Assembly: GCA_041394725.1 (NCBI GenBank)
Contig: JAWKHR010000034.1
Span: 3,410-67,409, forward strand
Reading direction: 5' to 3'
Length of the DNA stretch: 64,000 bases
Origin: Vicinamibacterales bacterium
Lineage (GTDB): Bacteria > Acidobacteriota > Vicinamibacteria > Vicinamibacterales > SCN-69-37
In this document: in pieces, positions 1-9,112 of the stretch
How the letters are laid out: every line of letters begins with the position of its first letter
How positions within the stretch are numbered: position 1 is the first letter of the stretch
Position numbers and translations under genes: made by a program
Notes under the pieces: model-generated
What the model was told of the DNA's origin: nothing
Databases searched by the model: none
Seen by the model: only the letters and a program-made list of their open reading frames with translations

Positions 1-2398
1 CGCTCGGGCTCAGCCGCGCCGCGCGCCACGCGGGGATCACCGTGGCCGCGAAGACCGCGCAGACCAGGATCGCCGCCGCGACGCCGAGGGCCACCATCGA
101 CCACGGGCTGACGCCGAACAGCAGCGACGTCATCGTCCAGCCCGCGACGAAGGCGAGCGGGATACCGATCGCGAGACCGGCCACGACCAGGCGGCCGCCA
201 TCGCCGAGCACGAGTCGCATCACCTGCGCCCGCGTGGCGCCGATCGCCAGGCGCACGCCGATCTCGCGCGTCCGGCGCGTCGTCTGGTAGGTCGTCACGC
301 CGTAGATGCCGATGGCCATCAGGAAGAGTCCAATCAGGCCGAGCGTGCCCGCGAGGGCGGCCGTCGTGCGGTACGCGCCGGCCGCGAACGCGAGGTACTG
401 GGCCATCGTCACGAGCAGGCGCGGCTCGAGGCTCGCGTCGGTCGCGCGCAGCGTGGCGCGCACGGACGGGCCGAGCGCGGCCACGTCGCCGCCGCCCTCG
501 ACCAGCAGCGTGCCTTCCCCGGTGCGGGCCGTCCAGTAGGGCACGTAGAAGTACGGCTCCGGACCTTCGTCCACGCGGACGATCGCGGCGTCGGCCGCCA
601 CGCCCACGACCCGGACGGGCGTGCGGCTCGCGCCGCGCTGAAAGACCTGCCCGGTCGCCTCGCCGCCGGGGAAGAACCGGTCGGCAAAGGTCTGGCTCAC
701 GACCGCCACGGGTTCGCCGCCGTGCGACTCGGCCTCGGTGAAGCCGCGCCCCCTGAGGATCCTGACGCCCATCGCGTCGAAGTAGTTGGCGCTCACGGCG
801 CCGTATTTCACGTCGGGTGGCGTGGACGCCTCGGCGCCGGGCACGACGACGGTGGTCGCGAGCCCGCCGCCGGACAGGCTGAGCGGCGCGCGGATGGCCA
901 CGGCCACGCGTGTCACGCCCGGCAGCGCCGCCACCGCGCGCGCGCCCTCCTCGAGGCGCGCCGCCGGCAGGTCGCCGTACGGGATCCAGGCGGTGAGGCG
1001 TGGTGCGCGCGAGAACCCGAGGTCCGTGCGCTCGACCGCGCGGAAGCTCTGCGCCAGCACCGCGGCACTGTAGACGAGCGCCAGCGACACGGCAATCTGC
1101 GCCACCACCAGCACGCGCCCGAGCGTCCGGTCGGCGCGCGCGGAACCGGTGAGCCCCGCGCCGCCCTTGAGCAGGGCGGTCGCGCGCGTGCGCGCCGCCG
1201 AGAACGCGGGCGCCAGGCCGAACAGCAACGTGGTGAGCGCGGTGACGGCCAGCGAGAAGAGGACCACGCGCCCGTCCGCCCTGAACAGCTCGAACGCGCG
1301 GAAACCCGGTGCGGGGACGATGAACCACGGCAGCGCGCGGATGAGCCACGCGCCGATGATCAGACCCGCCACCGCGCCGAAGCCGCCGAGCACCGCCGCC
1401 TCGACCAGCAGCTGACGCAGCAGGTGGCGGCGTCCGGCGCCGAGCGCCGCTCGCAGTGCCAGCTCGCGGCGTCGCGCCGCCGCGCGCGCGAGCAGCAGGT
1501 GCGCGAGGTTGACGCACGTGATGAGCACCACCACGAGCACGAGCCCCATCAACGCGTAGACGTTGGCGCCCCCGTTCGAGAGCCGGTACGACAGGTCGGT
1601 CACCACGCGCGCGCTGCGCCCCGCGTTGGTGTCGGGCCAGTCGGTCGCGAAGGCCGCGGTCAGCGCCCGGATCTCGGAAGCCGCCGCACCGGCCGATGCC
1701 GACGGTGCCAGGCGCCCGACGACCTGGAACCAGCGGTTGCCACGCCCGGCCAGCTCCTCGCGGCCGTGGAGCGCGGTCCACGTCGTCACCGGCATCCAGA
1801 TGTCGCGATCCGAGGCCGGGTCGAGTTCCCGGAACGCGTCCGGCAGCACGCCGAGCACGGTGACGGGCCGGCCCGGCGAGACGCCGAGCGTCACGCGCCG
1901 GCCCACGATCGACGGATCCGCGCCGAACCGCCGGCGCCAGAAGGCGTGCCCCAGGACGATCCCCGGCTCGGCCTCGAGCGCGCCGGCGTCGGACGGCGCG
2001 AACAGCCGTCCCTCCCCGGCCGTGACGCCGAGGACGGTGAAGAAGTCCAGCGAGACGGCGTTGACGAGCAGCAGTTCCGGCGTGCCGTCCGTGTCGGCCA
2101 TCAACGCGCCGCGACGGCCGATCGCGACGACGCCCGAGAGCGTGGTCGCCCGATCACGCAGCGCTTCGTACTCCGGCCAGGACCAGAGGCCCTCCGCCGA
2201 CTCCGGCGTGGTCTGGAACAGACGGACGACCCGTCCGGGCTGAGACACGGCGGGTGGCCGCAGCCACAACCCGTCCACGAGGCTGAAGATGGTCGCGTTG
2301 GCGCCCACCGCGATGCCCAGGGCGAGCGTCGCGGCGGCGGTGAAGGCCGGTGTCCGGCCAAAGCCCCGGAAGGCGTCCTTCGCGTCGCGCCACATGTC
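1..2398 (-). CDS. ADOP/MacB-like FtsX-domain ABC transporter permease (3' end runs off window)
   Basis: Not in the ORF track because there is no stop inside the window. My reverse-strand translation from ATG at 2398 reads MWRDAKDAFRGFGRTPAFTAAATLALGIAVGANATIFSLVDGLWLRPP. It stays open to position 1, ending ...[44 protein letters not shown]...IPAWRAARLSPS. Two FtsX-type halves are typical of acidobacterial duplicated orphan permeases. The + ORF 722..2494 is its shadow. Confidence 0.85.
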
Positions 2399-2602
2399 GA
2401 ATCCTCCGGCACGGGGGATCCGTGCAAGGACCGTTCCCCGTCGTGGACCGACCGGACCCGCGCTTCCAGCCGTGAAGACCGCCATTTTTCCTGACCCGAT
2501 GCGCCGAATTCCCCGCCGTCCCCGAGGTCGGCGCGACGGGCGAATCCCGATTGCGGGACCGACCGCCAGCGACCACGCCGAGGGCCGGGCCGGGCGGACC
2601 GA

Positions 2603-3496
2603 TCAGGAACGCGAGCGGGTCGTGCGGCGGGACGTCAGCTGATCCTCGAACCGCAGGCGTTCGGCATCGGGCATCCCGTAGGTGTGGCTGGCGTCGGGGA
2701 ACGTGCCGTCTCGGACGTCGCGGACGTACGCGGTGAGCGCGCCGCGCAGCACGCCCGCCAGGTCCGCGTAGGTCTTCACGAACCTCGCGGGATCGGGCGT
2801 GAGGCCGACCAGGTCGTGCCAGACGAGCACCTGCCCGGAGCACGACGCGCCGGCGCCGATGCCGATCGTGGGAATCGACACGGCCTCGGTCACGCGCGCC
2901 GCGACCGGGGCCGGCATCGCCTCGAGGACGATCGAGAAGCAGCCGGCGCGCTCGAGCGCCACGGCCTCGTCGACGAGTCGTCGCGCCGCCGCCGCCGTGC
3001 GCCCCTGCGCCTTGTAGCCGCCGAGCAGCGTCGCCGACTGCGGCGTGAGGCCGATGTGCCCCATCACGGGAATCCCGGCGTCATGGATCGCGCCGATGCG
3101 CGTGAGCGTGCGGCCCGCGCCCTCCAGCTTCACCGCGTCGGCGCCGGCGTCCTTGAGGAAGCGCACGGCGTTGGCCACGGCGTCGGTCTCGGAGATCTGG
3201 TACGACCCGAACGGCATGTCGGCGACGACGAGCGCGCGCCGCGCGCCACGCGACGCCGCGCGCGTGAGGACGATCATCTCCTCCATCGTGACCGGAACGG
3301 TCGCGTCCAGGCCGAGCACGGTCGTGCCGGCCGAGTCGCCGACCAGGATCATGTCCACGCCGGCCTGGTCGGCGATGCGCGCGCTCGGCGCGTCGTAGGC
3401 GGTGACGACGACCAGCCGGCCGCCCCGCTGCACGGTCGCGGCGATCTCGGGCAGGGTGATGCGGCGGGTGACGTCCGCGGGCGGCTCGTGCGACAT
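2603..3496 (-). CDS. panB: 3-methyl-2-oxobutanoate hydroxymethyltransferase
   Basis: ORF 2603..3532 trimmed to ATG 3496 (MSHEPPADV). PanB-like stretches: VVTAYDAPSARIADQAGVDMILVGDSAG, ADMPFGSYQ, VKLEGAG, MGHIGLTPQS. Lies 44 nt downstream of panC. Confidence 0.9.
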   Translation of the reverse strand: MSHEPPADVTRRITLPEIAATVQRGGRLVVVTAYDAPSARIADQAGVDMILVGDSAGTTVLGLDATVPVTMEEMIVLTRAASRGARRALVVADMPFGSYQISETDAVANAVRFLKDAGADAVKLEGAGRTLTRIGAIHDAGIPVMGHIGLTPQSATLLGGYKAQGRTAAAARRLVDEAVALERAGCFSIVLEAMPAPVAARVTEAVSIPTIGIGAGASCSGQVLVWHDLVGLTPDPARFVKTYADLAGVLRGALTAYVRDVRDGTFPDASHTYGMPDAERLRFEDQLTSRRTTRSRS

Positions 3497-3540
3497 GGGC
3501 GGTCCTCCACCGGGGCCCGGAGCGCGGGGCATCGGACGCG

Positions 3541-4353
3541 CTACAGGCCGGCGAGTTCTGGGCGGCGCAGGGGCACATTATCGATCAGCCGGACCCCGCC
3601 GACGCGCGCCGCGACGACGAGCGTCGGCTCGTCGCCGAAGGTCGCGAGGTCCGCGTATTCCACGTCGAGGCCGCGCAGGGCGTCCCGCGCCGCCGCGACC
3701 GGATCGGCGCCGGCGCGGTGCGCCTCGGTCGCCGCGGCCAGGGCCCGGGGAATCGCCGCGGCCGCCGCGCGCGCGTCCGGCGACAGCCGCACGTTGCGCG
3801 ACGACAGCGCGAGCCCGTCGGCCTCCCGGACGGTCGGCACGACGCGGAGGCGCAGGTCCAGATCGACGTCGGTGACCAGCCGGCGCAGCACCGCGACCTG
3901 CTGGGCGTCCTTCTGGCCGAGATACACGACGTCGGGCCGGACGATCGCGAAGAGCTTGAGGCAGACGGTGGCCACCCCGGCAAAGTGCCCCGGGCGGTGC
4001 GCGCCCTCGAACCCCTCGGACGGGCCGCCCACCTGCACGACCGTCGCGTGGCCGGCCGGGTAGATCTCCTCGGCGGCCGGCGCGAAGAACACGTCGGTCC
4101 CGGCGGCCCCGGCCAGGGCGCGGTCGGCGTCCTCGGTGCGCGGGTAGGCGGCCAGGTCGGACGGATCGTTGAACTGCGTCGGGTTCACGAACACGCTCGC
4201 CACGACGAACCCGGTCTCGCGGCGGGCCGCGGCGATCAGCGCGACGTGCCCGGCGTGCAGCGCGCCCATCGTGGGCACGAAGCCGACGGTCGCCCCGGGC
4301 GCGCGCGCGGCGATCGCCGCGCGCACCTCCGTGATGGTGCGGGCGACGATCAT
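3541..4353 (-). CDS. panC: pantoate--beta-alanine ligase
   Basis: ORF 3541..4842 trimmed to ATG 4353 (MIVARTITEVRAAIA). Motifs VGFVPTMGALHAGHVALI and YLGQKDAQQ. ATGA start/stop overlap with the upstream gene at 4350-4353. Confidence 0.9.
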   Translation of the reverse strand: MIVARTITEVRAAIAARAPGATVGFVPTMGALHAGHVALIAAARRETGFVVASVFVNPTQFNDPSDLAAYPRTEDADRALAGAAGTDVFFAPAAEEIYPAGHATVVQVGGPSEGFEGAHRPGHFAGVATVCLKLFAIVRPDVVYLGQKDAQQVAVLRRLVTDVDLDLRLRVVPTVREADGLALSSRNVRLSPDARAAAAAIPRALAAATEAHRAGADPVAAARDALRGLDVEYADLATFGDEPTLVVAARVGGVRLIDNVPLRRPELAGL

Positions 4354-5003
4354 GGCGCGGTCGCCTTCGCGAGGGCCCGGTAGAGCGGCACCAGGTCGGG
4401 CAGACCGTCGGCGAGCGCCGCCAGGTGCGCGTCCACCGTGGCCCAGTCGCCGCGCGCGATCGGGCCGGTGAGCTCGAAGCCGTTCTCGATCGTGCGACGC
4501 ATCAGCGGCACGAGCGCCTCGGGCGGCGCTCCCGCCTCGACCAGCGCCCGCGACGCCGCGCGGTGAATCGTGACGAGGAAGTTCGACGCGATCGCCGCGC
4601 CCGCGTGGTACAGCACGCGGCGATCCTCGGCGAGGGTGAACGGCCGCAGCCCGAGGGTCGCCGCGAGCGCGTGGCCCTCCGCCACCGCGTCGGCGCGCTC
4701 CCCCGTCACCGCGGCCCAGGCCCCGTCGATCTGCTCCGCGCCCCGCGCGCGCGTGAAGGTCTGGAGCGGATGCAGGCCGAAGCGGCGCGTGTGCGGCGCG
4801 AGCGCCGCGAGCGGCGTGGCCCCGCTCACGTGCGCCACCCACGGTCCCACCGGAATCTCGCGCGCCACATCGGCGATCGCGCGGTCGGGCACGCAGATCA
4901 GCACGACGTCCGCGTCGCGCCCCTCCACCAGCCGCCCCCGCGCCTCGAGCCTGGCCGCCAGCGCACTCCCGACGCGCCCGCGGCCGATGACGGAGATGGT
5001 CAT
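4350..5003 (-). CDS. Rossmann-like + DUF2520 domain protein (candidate PanG-type ketopantoate reductase)
   Basis: 217 aa. N-terminal GxGxxG (VIGRGRVGSAL) and a DUF2520-like C-terminal part (YHAGAAIASNFLV...TGPIARGD). Translationally coupled to panC. The reductase role is inference from context. Confidence 0.7.
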   Translation of the reverse strand: MTISVIGRGRVGSALAARLEARGRLVEGRDADVVLICVPDRAIADVAREIPVGPWVAHVSGATPLAALAPHTRRFGLHPLQTFTRARGAEQIDGAWAAVTGERADAVAEGHALAATLGLRPFTLAEDRRVLYHAGAAIASNFLVTIHRAASRALVEAGAPPEALVPLMRRTIENGFELTGPIARGDWATVDAHLAALADGLPDLVPLYRALAKATAP

Positions 5004-5029
5004 GGACGAAGAATACAGGAGCGGCCTGC

Positions 5030-5070
5030 GGGTCCCGGGAACCCGGGGTCCTGAGGAGCCCCTGGGGCCT
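5030..5070. repeat. copy of interspersed GGTCCTGAGG/GGGTCCC repeat element
   Basis: gggtcccgggaacccggggtcctgaggagcccctggggcctc in the 71-nt gap between two minus-strand genes. Shares the GGTCCTGAGG core with copies at 45.0, 51.3 (reverse), 58.8 and 61.7 kb. Confidence 0.6.
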
Positions 5071-5074
5071 CGGA

Positions 5075-6112
5075 TTAGCGCGAGGCGGGGCCGCCTCCGC
5101 GCAGTTTCAGGTTGATGGCCATGAAGAGTCGATACGGCACCGGGCGGTCGTACTGCGTCGCGGGGTGGAAGGTCCAGTGCTTCGCGGCGTCCAGCAGGAT
5201 CTGGTCGTAGAACGGCGCGATGGGCTGGCGGACGGCGGCGAACTGGACGCGGCCCTGCTCATCGATCAGCAGTTCGAGTACTCCGCGATAGGTCTGCGCG
5301 GGCGAGACGCCCGGCGGCGGCACGAGCGGCGGCAGCTCACGCTCGATCGGCACGGGCGCCTTCACGTCCGTGTCGGCCTCGGTGTAGATGCGCGGCCCGG
5401 TCGTGCCGGGCACGGCGGCCGGCGGCTCCGGCGTCGCCGCCTCGGCCTCGGCCTTCTTCTTCGCGTCGGCGACCGCCGCGTTCGCGAGCGTCAGGAACCC
5501 GTCGGTCAGCAGCTTCAGATCGTTCGCCTCGGCGCCGGCCATGTCCGCATCGGCCAGGAGCGCCTGCACCTCGGTGAAGCCGGTCGCCGCCTGCTCGAAC
5601 CGGCCGGCGTCGTAGTGCTGCTTGGCCTCCGCGTAGAGCCCGCGCACGGCCGTCGGCAGCACGCGCTGCCGCACCGTGTGGAATACCGCGATCAGCCTGG
5701 GCGAGACCTCCGACGCGTCCATCACGTAGGCCGGCGTGCGCGAGACGATGCGCTCGAGGGCGCGCTCGGCTTCGGCCGTGCGTCCCAGCGCGAGGAGGCA
5801 CAGCGCGCGGTACTGATCAATCTGTCTCGGGTCACCCTCGACCGTGTCGAGCCCGGCCAGCGCCTCCTCGTAGGCGGCCGACGCGTAGAGCGCGCGCACA
5901 CCCGCGAGCGGATCCGGCGCGGGATTGGCAGGTGTCTGGCCGACGGAATCAGCGCCCTGGGGCCGGCTGAGCGCGTCAGCGCCGATGGGCCGCCCGAGCG
6001 CGTCAGCGCCGATGGGCCGGCTGAGCGCGTCAGCGCCGATGGACCGCCCGAGCGCGAGCGTGAAGACCAGCGCGGTTCCCGCGATCGCCCGCACCCGCGT
6101 CTGTCGTCTCAT
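5075..6112 (-). CDS. secreted TPR-like protein with TonB C-terminal-like domain
   Basis: 345 aa with an N-terminal signal-like segment (AIAGTALVFTLALG). A 9-aa tandem repeat is followed by helical TPR-like repeats. The C-terminus GVLELLIDEQGRVQFAAVRQPIAPFYDQILLDAAKHWTFHPA resembles TonB_C. ATGA overlap with the upstream PEGA gene at 6109-6112. Confidence 0.65.
   Translation of the reverse strand: MRRQTRVRAIAGTALVFTLALGRSIGADALSRPIGADALGRPIGADALSRPQGADSVGQTPANPAPDPLAGVRALYASAAYEEALAGLDTVEGDPRQIDQYRALCLLALGRTAEAERALERIVSRTPAYVMDASEVSPRLIAVFHTVRQRVLPTAVRGLYAEAKQHYDAGRFEQAATGFTEVQALLADADMAGAEANDLKLLTDGFLTLANAAVADAKKKAEAEAATPEPPAAVPGTTGPRIYTEADTDVKAPVPIERELPPLVPPPGVSPAQTYRGVLELLIDEQGRVQFAAVRQPIAPFYDQILLDAAKHWTFHPATQYDRPVPYRLFMAINLKLRGGGPASR
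5942..6049. repeat. 27-nt in-frame tandem repeat x4 (R[SP]IGADAL[SG])
   Basis: Units gagcgcgtcagcgccgatgggccgSYY read directly in the sequence. They encode RSIGADALS-RPIGADALG-RPIGADALS-RPQGADSVG just after the signal peptide of the 5075..6112 gene. Confidence 0.9.
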
Positions 6113-7269
6113 CGGTTCAAGTCGATCCCGACGCGCACGGGCGTGCGCGCGGTGACGACCACCGTCTGCCGGCGTTCCCCGAGCTGCGGATGCCGCCAGA
6201 CGACCTCGTGCCGGCCGATCGGCACCGCCAGGTTCGCGAGCGGCGTCGTCCCCGCCGGCCGCCCGTCAATCGTGACCTCGGCCCACGGCAGCGCGTTGAT
6301 CGACAGCGACCCGTTCGGCACCGACACCGGGAGCGTGATCGTCTCGCCGGTCTGCACCAGCGCGGTGGCCGTCGTCCGGAACTCGTACTCGGTCCCGACG
6401 AGTTCGAAGTCGTGCTGCCCGGCGGGCAGCATCAGCCGGTCCACGCCGGTCGTGCCGATGAGCCGGCCATTCTCGAAGACCTGGAGGTCCACCGGACTCG
6501 ACAGGCGCACCCACCCGGCAGACGGACCGACCGGCGCCACCGAGACGACGACCGACGCGGTGTTTCCCGCCGTGACCTCGACGATGCGGCTGACGGCGTC
6601 GTCGCCGGTGCCGACGATGACCCGGTGCCGGCCGGGATTGACGCCGCCGAGCGAGAGCGGCGTCAGACCGCGATCGACGCCGTCCACGGAGATCGGCAGG
6701 CCGGTGGGATCGGACGCCACGTCGAGGCGCCCCCGCGCGGGCGCGGCCGCGGCCGGCGCCGGCGGCAGGTCCACCAGGAACGACGCGGTCTCCCCCGCCA
6801 CGACCGAGAGCACCTCGGTCCGGGTCGCCGTGCCGTTCTGCAGTTCCATCGTGTGATCGCCGGCCGGCAGCGACAGGCGCAAGGGCGTCACGCCGCGCGG
6901 CTGGCCGTCGATCGCCACGGCCACTCCGTCGGGCCGCGTCGTGATGACCGCGGTGCCCTCGAGCGAGACCGGCGGCGCGGTCGTCTCCGGCGCCGGGGCC
7001 GGCTGGCGCAGCACGTTCAGGTAGAGACCAGCCGTGATCGCCACGGCCACGACGACGAGCAGCAGGATCGCCAGCAGCCCGGCCGTGGACCGCCGGCGGG
7101 CCGCCGCCGTGACGGGTCCGGGCACGGCCGGCGTCGCGTTCGGCTTCCGGGGTTCGCGCGGTGGTTCGTCGAACTCCGAATGGAACAGCAGCGTGGCGTC
7201 GTCGTCGGGTCCCAGTTCGGGTTCGATCGCCGGGACCTCGGATAGCGTGCGTCGGCTGGGGAGCGACAC
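6109..7269 (-). CDS. PEGA domain-containing membrane-anchored protein
   Basis: C-terminal 387 aa of ORF 6109..8199. One TM segment (GLLAILLLVVVAVAITAGL) is followed by repeated PEGA-like modules (VAIDGQPRGVTPLRLSLPAGDHTMEL, ISVDGVDRGLTPLSLGGVNPGRHRV, VTIDGRPAGTTPLANLAVPIGRHEV). The upstream part of the ORF is antisense to the VWA gene and was rejected. Start is uncertain: GTG 7269, alternative GTG 7125. Confidence 0.75.
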   Translation of the reverse strand: MSLPSRRTLSEVPAIEPELGPDDDATLLFHSEFDEPPREPRKPNATPAVPGPVTAAARRRSTAGLLAILLLVVVAVAITAGLYLNVLRQPAPAPETTAPPVSLEGTAVITTRPDGVAVAIDGQPRGVTPLRLSLPAGDHTMELQNGTATRTEVLSVVAGETASFLVDLPPAPAAAAPARGRLDVASDPTGLPISVDGVDRGLTPLSLGGVNPGRHRVIVGTGDDAVSRIVEVTAGNTASVVVSVAPVGPSAGWVRLSSPVDLQVFENGRLIGTTGVDRLMLPAGQHDFELVGTEYEFRTTATALVQTGETITLPVSVPNGSLSINALPWAEVTIDGRPAGTTPLANLAVPIGRHEVVWRHPQLGERRQTVVVTARTPVRVGIDLNR

Positions 7270-7474
7270 GAAAGTGTGACCGATGCGAATCTTACGCCAG
7301 CCGGTGTCCGGACCTGAATGGGCGCGGAGCCGGCGGGATTTCCCCGAGGCTTCCGGGGGGCAGACTTTAGTTTGCTTGTGCGTGCCGGCCAGGCCCGGCT
7401 CCCGGACCCGCGCGGCTCCGTCGGGTACACTGGATCCTGCCGGCGTCGACACCCGCACCCGAAGGGATCGACTG

Positions 7475-8479
7475 ATGACACGCGCCTCCTCCACCCCCGC
7501 CGCCCCCGGCCTCCTGGCTGCCCGGCCCGTGCTGGCCGCACTGGCCGTCGTGGCCGCACTGGCCGCGACGACGCTCGTGACCGTCGAGGCACGGCCCCAG
7601 CAGGTCTTCCGCGGCGCGAGCGACACCGTTCGCGTCTTCGTCACCGTGACCGACCGCGACGGCCGGCTCGTGACCACGCTGACGCAGAACCAGTTCGAGA
7701 TTCGCGACGAGGGCAAGCCGCAGCCCATCGTCGTCTTCGACAACTCGCCGCAGCCGATCCAGCTCATCGTCATGCTCGACGTCTCTGGCAGCATGCGCGG
7801 CAACCTGCCGCTGCTGCGCGCCTCGGCCGAGCAGCTCTTCGCGCGGCTCGGTCCCGACGACGTCGCGCGGGTCGGCACGTTCGGCCGCGAGATCCAGATC
7901 AGCCCGACGTTCACGCGCGATGCCGCCGAACTGCGGGCGGCGCTGCCTCCCGACATCGCCGAGGACGCGCCGACGCCGCTCTGGCGCGCGCTCGAGGACG
8001 GGATGGCGGCGTTCGACCCGGCGAGCGACCGGCGCCGCGTCCTGCTCGTCCTGAGCGACGGGAAGGACACGGGCCCGACGAAGTTCGGCGAGCGGTTCGT
8101 CAGCCAGATCGAGGTCATCGACAAGGCGCGCGAGGACGACGTCATGGTGTACGGCATCGGCCTGCGGAGCCGGACGGGCGCGCCGCCGCAGGTGGGCATG
8201 GGCGCCGGCGGGCTGCAGGCGATGCTGACGGCCGACCTGCCCGACCCCGGCCTCGCGCGGGCCGCGCTCGAGACCGGTGGCGGCTACGCGGAGATCCGGC
8301 CGCGCGACGACCTCGGCGCGGCGTTCGCGCAGGTCGCCGACGAGCTGCACAGCCAGTACCTGATCGGCTTCACGCCGCCGAAACGCGACGGCAAGAAGCA
8401 CGACGTGGACGTGCGCGTGTCCGACCGCGGCCTGAAGCCGCGGGCCCGGAAGAGCTACGTCGCGCCGAAAGGCCAGTAG
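7475..8479 (+). CDS. VWA domain-containing protein (acidobacterial VWFA-related type)
   Basis: ORF 7283..8479 trimmed to ATG 7475, with gaaggga 8 nt upstream. Signal/TM segment, then FRGASDTVRVFVTVTDRDGRLVTTLTQNQFEIRDEGKPQ, then the VWA MIDAS-like MLDVSGSM. Confidence 0.85.
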   Translation: MTRASSTPAAPGLLAARPVLAALAVVAALAATTLVTVEARPQQVFRGASDTVRVFVTVTDRDGRLVTTLTQNQFEIRDEGKPQPIVVFDNSPQPIQLIVMLDVSGSMRGNLPLLRASAEQLFARLGPDDVARVGTFGREIQISPTFTRDAAELRAALPPDIAEDAPTPLWRALEDGMAAFDPASDRRRVLLVLSDGKDTGPTKFGERFVSQIEVIDKAREDDVMVYGIGLRSRTGAPPQVGMGAGGLQAMLTADLPDPGLARAALETGGGYAEIRPRDDLGAAFAQVADELHSQYLIGFTPPKRDGKKHDVDVRVSDRGLKPRARKSYVAPKGQ

Positions 8480-8496
8480 CCCAGCGCGACGACGGC

Positions 8497-8514
8497 CCGG
8501 CGCCCGCCGGTTTT
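8497..8514 (+). terminator. weak intrinsic-terminator candidate after the VWA gene
   Basis: ccggc-gccc-gccgg (5-bp GC stem) followed by TTTT, 18 nt after the stop at 8479. Confidence 0.3.
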
Positions 8515-8650
8515 GCCCACCCGGCCGGGTGAATCCGCGCGGCAGGCCGCCGAGGCACGCCCCCGCCGGACCGATGCCCGGCGCCAGGGCGGGCAGGGCC
8601 GGTGGCACCGCTCCTGCTTCGAACGTCGGCGGATACCTCAAGGAGTCGCC

Positions 8651-9112
8651 ATGGCGTTCACGCTCACCTCTCCGGCGTTCGGGCCGGGGGCGGCGATCCC
8701 CGTCCGCTACACCTGCGACGGCGAAGGTCTCTGTCCGGAACTCACGTGGCACGACGCGCCGTCCGGCGTGCGCAGCTTCGCCATCGTGATGGACGACCCG
8801 GACGCGCCGTCGGGCACGTTCACCCACTGGCTGCTCTGCGACATGCCGCCCACGGCGACGGCCGTGCCCGAGGCCGCGCGCGCCGATCAGCTCGGCACGC
8901 CAGGCACGAACGGCTTCGGCAAGGTGGGATACGGCGGCCCGTGCCCGCCCCGGGGCGACCGGCCGCACCGCTACCGGTTCCGGATCTACGCGCTCGACCG
9001 GCGCCTGGACCTGCCGCACGGCTTCGCGCGCCGGCTGCTCGACGCCGGGCTCACCGCGGGCGCGCTGGCGTCGGCGGAACTCACCGGGTCGTACGGGCGC
9101 GGGCGGACCTGA
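8651..9112 (+). CDS. YbhB/YbcL family Raf kinase inhibitor-like (PEBP) protein
   Basis: Trimmed to ATG 8651, preceded by aggag. FAIVMDDPDAPSGTFTHWLL and GYGGPCPPRGDRPHRYRFRIYAL are typical bacterial PEBP motifs. Confidence 0.85.
   Translation: MAFTLTSPAFGPGAAIPVRYTCDGEGLCPELTWHDAPSGVRSFAIVMDDPDAPSGTFTHWLLCDMPPTATAVPEAARADQLGTPGTNGFGKVGYGGPCPPRGDRPHRYRFRIYALDRRLDLPHGFARRLLDAGLTAGALASAELTGSYGRGRT

Noticed and set aside
722-2494. 590-aa plus-strand ORF across the first 2.5 kb
   Set aside because: Its composition is Arg/Glu/Asp/Gly/His-rich with no hydrophobic core. It is the antisense shadow of a well-formed FtsX-type permease on the minus strand.
5942-6049. Possible CRISPR array (regular 27-nt repeats); also the 8-nt arrays at 45.0 and 61.7 kb
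   Set aside because: The repeats are contiguous with no spacers. The 27-nt units are in frame inside a gene, and there are no cas genes. They are coding tandem repeats and a short interspersed element, not CRISPR.
6109-8199. N-terminal 300 aa of the 696-aa ORF containing the PEGA protein
   Set aside because: This part is antisense to the VWA gene and has Ser/Arg/Thr-rich junk composition. The PEGA protein has its own charged-then-TM N-terminus starting at or after 7269.
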